DNA from: Vicugna vicugna
Lineage: Eukaryota
DNA: 62,000 nucleotides
Direction: 5' to 3'
Assembly: GCA_013265495.1 (NCBI GenBank)
Contig: MU058221.1
Span: 3,534,001-3,596,000 of the forward strand
Position numbers and translations under genes: made by a program. Below, piece by piece: positions 50,096 to 62,000 of this stretch; the first letter of the stretch is position 1; every line of letters begins with the position of its first letter. The notes below the pieces were generated by a model. That model was given only the letters and a program-made list of their open reading frames with translations. It did no database searches and was not told the origin of the DNA.

Positions 50096-50530
50096 CTGCT
50101 TGGTTACAGGTCCTCACTCTCCTCCAAAATCCAAGCCCTCTCACGGTCTGTGCATGTGATCTGGTTTGGAAACAGGGTCTTTGCAGATGTAACCAACTTA
50201 CATGAGATCGTAATGGGCTAGTGTGGGCCCTAAATCCAACACGCCCCTTATCCTTATAAGAAGACGGAAATTTAGACACAGAAGGAGAGGTGCACAGGCA
50301 CGCAACGTACAGATTTTCACGTGAAGGTGGAAACAGGGATTGGGGTTTTTGCTTGTTGCCACCAGCCAAGGGATGCCTGGGGCTACCAGACACGGAAAGA
50401 GGTGGTGATGGGGCCTCCATTCAGGTTTCAGACGGAGCCAGAATTGACTGACACCTTGATTTTGAATATTTAACTTCCGGAAGTGTCATATAACGCATCT
50501 ATGTTGTTTTAAACCACACAGTTTTGTTTT
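50095..50530 (+). mobile_element. MLT1B/C-type LTR
   Basis: tttggaaacagggtctttgcagatgtaa...gggccctaaatccaa...tgttgttttaaaccac. Confidence 0.8.
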
Positions 50531-51740
50531 GTTTTGTTTTAATTGACCATGCTGTTTCTCATAGTCCCCTTTTTTTTTCAAAATCCTTAACATGTTATCT
50601 CAATCACGTTCAATCTGTCATATATATATTTATATATATATATATGATTTATAATTATTACTCTTTCAAATTTATATCATTTGAATTTAAGATCACAGTT
50701 AAACCTCTTTATTTCCAACTGCAGTCAGCTAATATCTGTCATTATTTACAATACAGGCAGAGGATGATTTGGCTCTGTATTTTCACAGCCTTACAGTCCA
50801 AAAAGGTGCTATGTAATTGAAAGTATGATGTAAATTCTATGTTTTTCAGCCACTTAACTTTTTTTTTTCCTCTCAGTTGCTACTTCCTGAAAATTCAATA
50901 TTCAATATTTCTCTGGAATCACAAAATTACCTAAGTCCTGACCTTGTCTCTGATTACAACTCACCAGTTCAGTCATACATACAATAAAACTCTGTTCCGT
51001 GATAACTTTGTACCTAAAAATCTTGAATGAAATAAATGAACTCCTGATTATCTCTTCTTCCTCTCTTTCTAAAAAGATAATGATTTACCCTCAAAAGATC
51101 TTAAATGTGAATGATGGGTTGAAGAGGAAAGTTATTGTCAAATCCTACCTCACATATGAGCTTGTATTTTGTCTATGTTCGGCATAGACAAAATACAATG
51201 TTGAGGGAAGTCATTTCTTTGAAGGCATTTTTATTTGCTGACATAACTGGTGGTGACAGTGCCTTTTAGCTGTGAGCAAAAAAAGCAGTATGTCAATTGA
51301 AAGCTAATTTTCTAAGGATTTGGAGCAGAGCAAGGAGAGGGTTGGGGAGGGGTGTAGATCACCTGGAATCCTTTTTACCTCCCAGCTCTGTGCTGTTGGC
51401 CTGATCGGTGGAGAAGACTGACACACTGGTTTCAGAAGGGCCATCCTTGACACAAGTGTTACTTGAGTTGCTACTGTTGTTGTGAGTGGCGATTTTTCTT
51501 TATTGTTTATTTTATACATTTTTACGTAAAGAGTCAGTCAACGTGTTTGAACTGAGTCTTCCCAGGAAAGTAGAGTTAAGCTGTAGCAATCCATTACTTA
51601 GATACTGCAATGTTCAGAGAAGTAACAGGGTGGAAAATGAAAAGTGAAACCAAAAAATATTACAATAAGGATAGATTCAGGAATAGAGACAGGAGCAAGC
51701 AATTTGTGTAGAGAATAACCGCTATGAAAAGCACTGAGTC

Positions 51741-52965
51741 CTCAAAAGACTAAAAATAGATTTACTGTGTGATCCAGCAATCCCACTCCTGGGCATATGT
51801 CTAGAGGGAACCTTGATCCAAAAAGATACATGCAGCCCAGTGTTCACAGCAGCACTATTTACAATGGCCAAGACATGGAAGCAACCTAAATGTCCATCAA
51901 CAGATGACTGAATAAAGAAGCTGTGGTATATTTATACAATGGAGTACCACTGAGCCATACAAAGAATAAACTGATGCCATTTGCAGCAACACAGATGGAC
52001 ATGGAAGTTGTCACTGTAACTGAAGCAAGCCAGAAAGAGAAAGAAAAATACCATATGATATCACTTGTATGTGGAATCTAAAAAAAAAAGCTAAACAAAC
52101 TTATTTAAATCAAAACTGCAATGAGGTATCACCTCACACCAGTCAGAATGGCCATCATTCAAAAGTTCACAAGTGACAAATGCTGGAGAGGCTGTGGAGA
52201 AAGGGGAACCCTCCTACACTGCTGGTGGGAATGCAGCCTGGTGCAGCCACCGTGGAAAACAGTATGGAGATTCCTCAAAAGACTAGGAGTAGACTTACCA
52301 TATGACCCAGGAATCCCACTCCTGGGCATATATCCAGAAGGAACCCTACTTCAAAAAGACACCTGCACCCCAGTGTTCATAGCAGCACTGTTTACAATAG
52401 CCAGGACATGGAAACAGCCTAAATGTCCATCAACAGATGACTAGATAAAGAAGATGTGGTATATTTATATGATGGAATACTACTCAGCCATAAAAAACAA
52501 CAACATAACACCATTTGCAGCAACATGGATGTCCCTAGAGAATGTCATTCTAAGTGAAGTAAGCCAGAAAGAGAAAGAAAACTACCATATGATATCACTT
52601 ATATGTGGAATCTAAAAAAAAAAAAAACATAAATGAACTTATTTACAAAACAGAAACAGACTCACAAACATAGAAAACACAGTTCTGGTTACCAGTGGGA
52701 AAGGGGGTGAGAAGGGATAAATTGAGAGTTATAAATTTTCAGACACTAACTAACATATACATATATAAAAATAGATAAACAAGAAGCTTATACTGTATAG
52801 CGATATAGAAGAAGGAAGTATATTCTATGTCTTGTAGTAACTTACGGTGAAAAAGAATATGAAAATGAATATATGTATATTCATATATGACTGAAGCATT
52901 ATGCTGTATACCAGGAATTGACACAATGTTGTAAACTGACTAAATTTCAGTAAATAAATAAATAA
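51741..52965 (+). mobile_element. Two tandem L1 3' fragments (51741-52105 and 52106-52965)
   Basis: Track ORF 52121..52444 is the L1 ORF2 C-terminus. The preceding 365 bp repeat the same region with substitutions. Confidence 0.9.
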
Positions 52966-54039
52966 ATTATATATATATACACATACACACATATACACAT
53001 AAAAATACACACACACACACACACACAAAGATGGCTGACTCACACTTGGAAATGAAAAACATAATCACATCATGTAAAAAAATACTAATGAAATACAGTG
53101 GAATTATTAAAAAAAAAAAAAAAAAAAAAAACGCGCGGAGAAGCCGCACGGTTCACGTTCATTGGTAGCTGTGTGTGACTTTGTTACGCTGCCTCAAAGA
53201 CACAATGTCAGAGTGAACTCCACACCAAGTAAGTGTTGTCCACCCCATCATCCTAATTTTACAGCATTTTGCTGACAACACTTCACTCTCCCTATGGAGA
53301 CGTGACTTTACTGGAATGTAATTTAACAGTAAGAGCATGGTGCTTTGAATCTCAGTCTCAGTGTTGGCCTCCATCTTGGCTCTACTCCTCATTTATGGGA
53401 TAACCTTGGGAAAAGCTCAAGCTATTTTACCTTCAGTGCTGGCGTCTCCTACAAGGGTGTCATTACCTTTTAGGAATTGCATGAGGGTCACAGAAGGTTT
53501 CAGATCCAAATATACACAAACATGAGTGTTTACTTCAGAACTTGGCATGATCAAGCCATCAGAAAAGGATACATATGTTAATAAACTGTGACCATTAATG
53601 TTCCATATTGAATAAAGTAAAATTGAACGTGACCAGGTTGAGACGGGCTTGGTATGTACTGGTAGCAAATAGGACCAACATCTCAGTGTCTTAAAATGAC
53701 AAAGACTTATTTTTCAGTTACCTTATGTATCCACTGGAGAGTGTCTGTGTTCAAGTGCCACTCCAGGGGATGTCACCTAAAGCAGATGGGGTGTGTGTGT
53801 TACTGTGTTAGTTACTTGTAATTAGTAGTAGTAACTGTTGAAAAGGAGAGTAAGAAGACCGAGAGAAAGAGTATGATCATATTAGACGTACGACGGGTTT
53901 GCAGGAAGGACATTTGACGATGCATGAGCCCATGTGAAGGATTGCTTCCCAGGGGCCTTGTTGACAGGAGATACCTCTATGTCTCTTACTGTTGGTGGTG
54001 GTGTTATTTCCCGTTGAGGAGGTCCTTCCAAAGCCAGTC

Positions 54040-54380
54040 ATGAGGCTACCATCTGAGGCTACATGGTAGCAGAAAATATGTGATCTCAGAAAACAAGCAA
54101 AACCTGCAAAGCCTGGAACGTACCTATTTTGTTTAAGGATTACCAAGAATGCCGATGTGGCTGAAACCAAACTTGAAAGGTGACAAGTAGGTACGAACCG
54201 AGGCCAGGAAAAAAATACAAGGATGTGATTATGCAAGATCTTGTAGATTTGAGTTTATATAAAGGATTAGCATTTCATTTTCTTTCTAAATGTGATTGGA
54301 GATTTATGAAAAATTTGACAAAGGGAATAAATGTTGTATAATTAAGGTTTTGAAAAATCTCTCTGGTTCTTCTGTGGAGA
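54040..54380 (-). mobile_element. L2 fragment
   Basis: gccgatgtggctgaa...aaggattagcatttcattt...aaaatctctctggttcttctgtggaga. Confidence 0.55.
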
Positions 54381-56879
54381 GTAATTTCTCTTTTCTCTCT
54401 GGGAATGATTTTCCTATTTAACTGGAATATTAGACTCTCTTACTCTCTGTTATCTCTCAGTCAAACACGAACCCTCCTTGTAACACCCCCTCCCCACTAT
54501 TACTAGATAAGAGTGTATAGAAAGCTATGTTGATCCTATGTAGAAAATAACAATATTTACACTTACTTGGATCAAATTTGTCAAACTCACTTCACACGTT
54601 AACCAGCTTCCTAATTGGGTTGATTCACAAATTCCTAAGACCAGGGGGGACGTGGTTATCCTCCGAATAGCACCTGTCAACGTGCACTCAAACAGGAGAT
54701 GGAACAGTAACAAAAGATGCCTAATTACTAATGGCTGGTGATTTAAATGGAAGACGACAGATCTAAATTTTAATTACAATCAAAATCAAAACCAAAGGGC
54801 AGCAAGTAGAAGGGGAGCTTCCCTCAGGCGATTAAAGACTGCATTCCAATTTATTACATTCAGCTAAGGAATTAAGCAGAGCATTTTGTTGTCTTGTCTC
54901 TTCCATCACTCAGAGCCCATGTTACGAGGAATGTCTGCGTTTCGATGAACTCTTGTGACACTTGGCTGTGTCCGAAAAGCAAGAGTATGTGTGGAAACAG
55001 GAAAGCAAGATCGTTGTAGAGGTTTGAGAAACAGGTTTTGTGAATTTTCCGAAAGACGGCTGGGAGATTGGTTTATGCCCAGGCATTTGAGATCATTAAT
55101 ACCATCTCCATAAGGACATAGTCACCACTCTGATCCAGGACTGTAGAAAGTTCCTTTTTATTATCACTGCCACTGATATCTCAGCTGCTCCTTTGGAGGC
55201 TCAACACTGACAGTATGATTAAGCGTAATTGTTTCCCTGCCTTTCATGAACCACCTCGTATTTTCATCCATAATTATGGAAACACTAGAGGGTTATTTTT
55301 CTTTTTGAAGAGTGAAGTGATTGTTATGAAGAGATTTGCCTGTGAAGTTTTAAATAATGTGAAACATATTTACTCCCATTAGTGAATTTTCTTTAATAAT
55401 AAACTCTATAATCTGTGGGTACTATTCTAGTTGAAGCGTGGTGTACTTTTTTTTTAATTTTAAGAAGAAACATTTCAATTAAGAATCCAACTTGAACTTG
55501 TTTTGTCACTGGTTTATTTGCATTGTGATTAGAGCAGTTGCTTCCTGTATCATATAGTTTGAATGACTGGAAAGAGGTACAAGCATTTAAAAATAAATTG
55601 ACTTCTCCATAAATTGGATTTGCTGTTTAATCCCAGTAATAGGAAGAAAGAAAAAATAATAAAGATTATGTTGTCTGCCTTCATACTGCAATTATCTAGA
55701 AGTATAAGAAGTAGCTGACATTCACATTGAGTGTAGATGCTAAATATTTATGAAAGTTATTTTATTTGCATAGAGATTCCCCCGCCCCCAAAGAACATAA
55801 CCACCTTTAGTTTCCAAAATTCAGTTCAGCAGGAATGTACTGGGTATGTCTGCATGGAACTAGTTGCCACATAAAGTACAAAAATAGTCAAAGATAGTAT
55901 ATGTGCCCTCACAGAGCTTACAGTAAAATTGTAGAGAAATTACACGTACGTGTGAAATAGTTACCAACCCAAGGCAGTATCTGATTAAGTCTCATATTAC
56001 ATGAGACAGCATGTGGGGACCGATACGGAAAAAATGGAGAGGTGAGGTCATTTAAGTTGAAAAATTCAGGAGGAATTACTGGGCGGTGGTGACGGAGAGA
56101 GAAGCCTTTTATTCTCTCTACTTAGAGGCAACATCCCTGGGTAGAAAGGAGACTGGCTTTCAAATCCTGATTTGCCCACTTACAAGGAGAGTGGCCGTAA
56201 TCTTTCTGCCACTCACTTTCATAATATGAAAATTGAGTATCTCATACCAGTATAGCAGGGCTACAGAAAAAAGAAAAACACAGAGTAAGAATGTAAGTAA
56301 AGACCTAGCAATGCCACAGAAAATAACAGACAGCCCAAGAGCAATTATGCTCCAGGGAAGAAGTTCAAATACATTTTCAACTACATATTCAAGTACATAT
56401 GATTGTCTTTTCTTTTACATAAAGACACTCAGACTAAAATAAAACTTTGCTCATTCACTCATTTTCATATTTTAGGACACGCACACACAAAATTCCTGTA
56501 TTAGGGGGTTTACTCTTAGAGGAAAGACAAACTCCAAGTACCAGGACTGGGAAAAAGGATACATGTGAATTGAAACGAGGTAGGCATTTGGAGTGCAGAC
56601 TACATGATGCTTTTCTGGACAAATCAATGAAAATACTATAACAACTTTGTTGTTTCAAGAAAGCGGTGGGCATCCAGGAGGTTTTGACCTGTGATGCTGA
56701 GTCTGTCTTGAAAGCAGATGGGTCACTAACAGGAAGAAGATAAAAACAGCTAAGACAGTGTCCATCAGAAAACCACACCACCACGCTGTGAGCTTCTAGC
56801 CGGTGGATGGAGGGTTTCAGGATAGCAGCCCAGCTGCTGGGAAGGAAGAGCTAGTAAAAAATAGAATGATAATTTTATT

Positions 56880-57040
56880 GAAACTAGTACATTGCACATA
56901 ATGTAACGGCCAAGGCCCAGCCCTGAGAATGAGCTTTATCTACAGTTGCTTAAATCAGGCTTCAAGGATAATTCTCTATCTCTAGGGAAAGATGGAAAGC
57001 TCAGATATAGAAAGCAGAGTTGAGTTCAGGACCATGGACA
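56880..57040 (-). mobile_element. MIR SINE
   Basis: agggaaagatggaaagctcagatatag preceded by a MIR-like tail. Confidence 0.5.
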
Positions 57041-57791
57041 GACAATGGGACTGTGCCCTTAAAATGAAGTATGTGGTCCTTCTACCTAAGTCTTGCTGGA
57101 TCAGGTGCCAGGCCTGCCCTGGAGTGGGGCTGAGTTTGTTCCCTATAAGACAAGGCCACAGGACAGTCCTAATACTCAGAGACTGAATACTGAGAAGATA
57201 TGTATTTACCTCACGTGGTTATGGTCCACAGGTTGACAGGATTATGAAGTTTCATGTAACTTCATATATACACGTACTTTAAAAAAGACAGTGATTCTAT
57301 TTCAATGAAACAAAAATTTTAGTCTTGTAATAGAAACAGAGGATCACAGTTTGTCACTGAACTTGGTGAGAATATATTTCTCTGCTTTCCCCTGTGCAAA
57401 AATATGCTTGTCGATATCAAAGCAAGCATAAAAGGTGTGCTGATAAATGTGATTTTATTTTGCGTGGGCAGCAAAGATGGATCATTTTCATAGCTAATAT
57501 AGCCTTTTTTTTTTCATTCTAATCTCTGAAAGTCAAATGTCACCAGACTGTGGAAAATGATCTTTATAAAGTATTTGAGTTGAAAATCTTGCATTACTCC
57601 AAACATTAGCATGTCAAACTCATTGGGGAATCAGATTATGGATCTCTACCAGAGAGGGCCAAAAGTATAAGAAAAAAATTTAAAATGCAGGAGTACAAAC
57701 TAAGCAAGAGACATGACAAGAGTAGGAATGACTTTTGTTGTTGATTTGTTTGTTTTGGCTTGGGAATGTTCTTGCAGATCCATGGTATTTT

Positions 57792-58685
57792 TTTTTTAAT
57801 TGACGTATAGTCAGTTACAATGTGTCAGTTTGTGGTGTCCAGCCCGAAGTCCAAGTCATGCACATACATACATATATTCATTTTCATATTCTTTTTCATT
57901 AATCATTATTACAAGACACTGAATTAGGTCCCTGTGCTCTACAGAAGACACTTTTTAAATCCATTTTTATACATAGTAGCTAACAGTTGCAAATCGCAAA
58001 CTCCCAAATGTATCCCTTCCCACTCCCTTTCCCCCAGCAACCATAAGATTGTTTCCTATGTCTGCGAGTCTGTTTCTGTTTTGTAGATGAGTTCATTAGT
58101 GTCCTCCTTTTCCTTTTTTTCTTGTTAGATTCCACATATGAGTGATATTATATGGTATTTTTCTCTTTCTGGCTTTCTTCACTTAGAATGATCATCTCCA
58201 GGTTCACCCATGTTGCTGCAAATGGCATTATTTTATTCTTTTTTATGGCTGAGTAGTATTCCATTGTATAAATGTACCACAGCTTCTTTATCCGTCTGTT
58301 GATGGACATTTAGGTTGCTTTCATGTCTTGGCTATTGTACATAGTGTTGCTATGAATGTGGGGGTACATAAATCTTTTTGAATTAGAGTTCCCTCTGGAT
58401 ATATGCCCAGGAGTGGGATTGCTGGATCATATGGTAAGTCTATTGTTAGTCTCTTGAGGAATCTTTATACTATTTTCCATAATGGCTGCACCAAAGTACA
58501 TTCTCACCAGCCGTGTAGGAGGGCTCCCTTTTCTCCACACCCTCTCCAGCATTTGTCATTTGTGGACTTTTGAATCATGGCCATTCTGACTGGTATGAGG
58601 TGATACCTTATTGTAGTTATGATTTGCATTTCTTTGATAATTACTGATATTGAGCATTTTTTCATGTGCCTGTTGGCTGTGTGTT
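57792..58685 (-). mobile_element. 5'-truncated L1 (ORF2 end plus 3'UTR)
   Basis: Poly-T start and a 16-bp TSD AGAT(C/T)CAT(G/A)GTATTTT at 57776-57791 and 58686-58701. Confidence 0.92.
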
Positions 58686-59619
58686 AGATTCATAGTATTT
58701 TGAATTCATGTTTAAATTCTAAGACTGCTTCCTTAGAGTTGATATAACATAGTTTTAAATTGATAACAATTACCAAAATGTGTTTGTGCCCAAACTCTAA
58801 AGAATTATTCAGGTATGACAGGAAAGGAGAAATAGGCAGATTAGTACATTCTTGAATATTCCATGTTCAGTTGAATATTTCTAATCTTTGCTCAAACAGT
58901 AAATTATATAACAAATAATAAGGTTGATTGATCTATTCAGGTGACAAATTTCAGGATTAAAAAAAATAAAACAAAGCCAGAAAGTGCTCTATTATTTGAT
59001 GTCATGTCAGTAAACCAACTCTAGTTGTTAAATTGTGTCTTGATTTTAAGCAACAATGCTGCTCTGGTCCAGGACCTGTGCATGACTATATGAATACCCT
59101 TTATTTTAGGCTTTGCAAAGGAATAGCTATCAAATTATCTATTTGGACTTGTAGAAACAAAAATCAAGTTCAATGAATATTATGTACTGTGTTGTGGCAT
59201 CTTTAAAATGCCTGAGATTGAAAACTTATTTTAAAAACAAACAGTAAAACAAGAATAGCATAATGTTCTAATAGTAAATATCTTATAATCTCCTGGATGC
59301 TTCTACAATAATTTCAAAGGCTAATCAGTGGGAAACATGAGATAAATCCATTTAGTTTTATTGTATAGAGTAATTGATGGTCATCACGAAAGGTCAGAAG
59401 CGCAGAATGTAAAAATGGAAGGAAGGAAGAAAGGAGGAAGAGAGAAAAACAGAAAGGAGGGGAGAAGGAAGAAAGGAAATGAGGTAGGGAGAAGAAGACA
59501 GAAGAAAAGGAAGAGAGGAAAAGAACTGGCGAGAGCATCTCTCAGCTTGAATCACACGTTAAAACCGTTAAGCGTTAGGTATGTATCAGACTTCATGCAA
59601 CTAGTGTGCGATAGGTTTT

Positions 59620-59874
59620 GACCTTAGTTTTACCTATATGGTTATCTAGTTAACCCAGCAGTATTTGGAAAAGAGCTTTTCTTTTTCACATTGAACAGTT
59701 TTGAGGCCTCTGTCAAAAGTCAATTGACTTATTAAATGTCATTCTATTTCTGACCCCCGATTGTATTTCATTGATTATATTTTTCGATCTGGAAGTGTTC
59801 TCAGCTGTTACTTTTGTTGATAAAGCTTATCTTCTAGTAGTAGAGTCAAGAAGGGTTTATGGGTACAGAATTCA

Positions 59875-59931
<57 letters not shown>

Positions 59932-60100
59932 TGACTTGTAATTTCTTTTTAGAGGCAAAAGGGATTGTCCTGTAGACATGTCCACATTGGATTTCAACGA
60001 TTTGACCCTCATGGTGGAGTTCAACAAGTCCTTCTCCCCTCTGTGTTTCCTGTAAATTGAGAGCTGAGTAGAGAATCGTGGTCAAATTTAGATCCATTTA
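59620..60100 (-). mobile_element. Old L1 fragments with a (CT)n tract at 59875-59930
   Basis: cccagcagtatttg...ctctgtcaaaagtcaattgac and gacatgtccacattggattt. Confidence 0.55.
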
Positions 60101-62000
60101 AAAAAACATTGATCTTTGCTTAATTTTCACTGGTCAACCACTGGTGATCTTGTTCTTGAGTATGGACCCTTGGAAGTACTTTATGGTCGTTTTTAGGAAA
60201 ATATCTAACAGTTCCCTGAGTCGTGCATGAATTAAGAAATGCATCTCTCTGATGTTATGTTATTCTTTATTACGCTTAAGGCACTATCTTCTTGCCTCAT
60301 TTAATTTAGTATGAATTCAGGGATGGAGATATTAAATGCCTGATCCTAGGTGGTTAGACTGATGGGAACAAACTCAGGATTTAAGCCCGTGTGGCTTTGT
60401 GCTAAAGGCCACATATTTAATCACTTTGCTATACTGCTGTTTACTCTTCACACTCATGGTTATATGATTCATATCACACTTAATAGGTTTCATATTCTAT
60501 CTGCTCTTTACTCAATTTACAGGATAGAAAATGTAGAAGAAAAAAGATATGCATCAGATGAATAGAGATTTCGTGACTTCCTAAATCTAAGGCATTAGCC
60601 GTTGCCTCCCTCCCAGATAAGAACAGTGTCCCTTAACTTGAGGCAAAATGCATAAGAAAAACTCAGTGGGATGACCCTGAAAGAGAGCTGAGAAGCACAA
60701 CATGTTCATGCCTTTGTAGTTCAATAGATTATCTGATCCTTGAATCGGATTAGAAATGCAGTGTTTCCATTTCTTTCTATATCTTTGACTTTAAGCGAGA
60801 ATAAAGAAGGAAAGATTTCTTTGAGATCTAGAAACTGATAATATCTAAATGAGAGTGTAGGTTTCAATCAGATGACTGAAGAATGAAGCAGAATTCATCT
60901 TCCTGCTACAAGACTCTTAACCATGGAAAGAACTGGGTATGCATAAAATCCAAGGAGGAACTTACTTGGAGACTCTCGCAGGGACATTCATGAGCGATGG
61001 CAGACCTGAAAGCAGTGTGCCTGCAACAGACATTTCTATGCTCAGACATAGTCAGTTTAGATAATTGTTAATTTGCTACCCAGTCAATGACTACAGGAGA
61101 GATGAAGAGATTTCTTTTGACCCCTAGAAAAGGGGTCTGTTGTGACAACTGGTTTAAACCAGTCTGATATTAGTTTTACAAAAGCAAACAAATGTTCATA
61201 GAGATGAATGAGAAGTGGCATTACTTCACATGAGCATCCTGCCCATTGATGGAGGTTCTCTTCTTAAGTCTCTTTACAATGAAGTGATCCGTAGGTTTCT
61301 AGGATGCAGAAAAACAGAGCTTTTCTGTTTATTAATTCACATAAGTTCAATCCTGGGCTTTGGGTTATACATTTTACACACTGAATGAATGTACGGGATT
61401 TTTATTTTTAAATTACAACCACACACATCAAAACCAAAACTAAAACCAAAATCTCTTCCTGAATTCGACAGTATTCAAAAGTACCATGTAACTTAATTGG
61501 CATTATTGTTTTGGAGAAGCCATTGAAAACAAACAAACAAACAAACAAAACCCAGCCACGGGCATATCTGTGTTCCAGGGCAGCTGAGGTTTCATCCTGA
61601 AAAGAAGGAAGCTATACTCTTTGATGCTTTTGAGAATTTCTTTTCTGCAACTAAGATGTGTATTTACAATGAGAACAGGAGAGAGAACTGTGCCCTTGTT
61701 CCTGGTGAAAATCTGAAGTAAATTGGTGCACTTCCTGAAAATTTATTGTCTGTATTTACCAAGAGTTCTGTGAGTTATACCAGAAAAAGCAGACAACCGT
61801 GAAATACAAGAACTGTGTTCTGGGGCCCCTATTTGCTTCTCACTTCTTCCATGTCTCTTGAAGAAGCCAGCACAAGAAATTATTTCTAAATTTGCCTTTT
61901 TGGAACAAATCTCTGTGCTTTCATGACACATAAGTGGAAGTTGAATTGGGGGTCCAGGGCATCTCACAAAATTCTCAAAGTCATTTCACTTAGGACAATT

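Noticed and set aside
53040..53131. ATTAAA plus long poly-A suggesting a processed pseudogene end
   Set aside because: No TSD or recognisable upstream mRNA body, and it is adjacent to an L1 tail.
1..62000. Prokaryotic-type systems (CRISPR arrays, operons, defence islands)
   Set aside because: The sequence is mammalian, with no regularly spaced repeat-spacer array or dense ORF packing.

Overview
Mammalian genomic DNA, most likely camelid (a Vic-1-like tRNA-derived SINE lies at 17750). It is AT-rich and dense in repeats: L1, L2, MIR, MaLR/ERV LTRs, hAT and Tigger fossils, and microsatellites. I found no intact protein-coding gene, RNA gene or CRISPR array, and nearly every ORF in the track is repeat-derived or random. 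The main result is not visible in the ORF track. A decayed multi-exon gene lies on the minus strand from about 30.1 kb down to about 13.2 kb. It has about 16 candidate exons, most with AG acceptors and several with clear GT donors. A run of four exons is phase-compatible, two sizeable exons are free of stops, and the others carry stops and frameshifts. By my recollection of the human proteins (not a database search), the conceptual translations repeatedly resemble the RGS-like domains of RGSL1/RGS22. The similarity is low and the modules appear to be repeated, which points to a lost, longer paralog (unitary pseudogene) rather than RGSL1 or RGS22 itself. Several structurally informative retrotransposon events are also present: twin-primed L1s, an internally deleted nested L1, and solo LTRs with target-site duplications (TSDs). 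Repeat family names come from recalled consensus motifs. Their boundaries are approximate unless a TSD is given.
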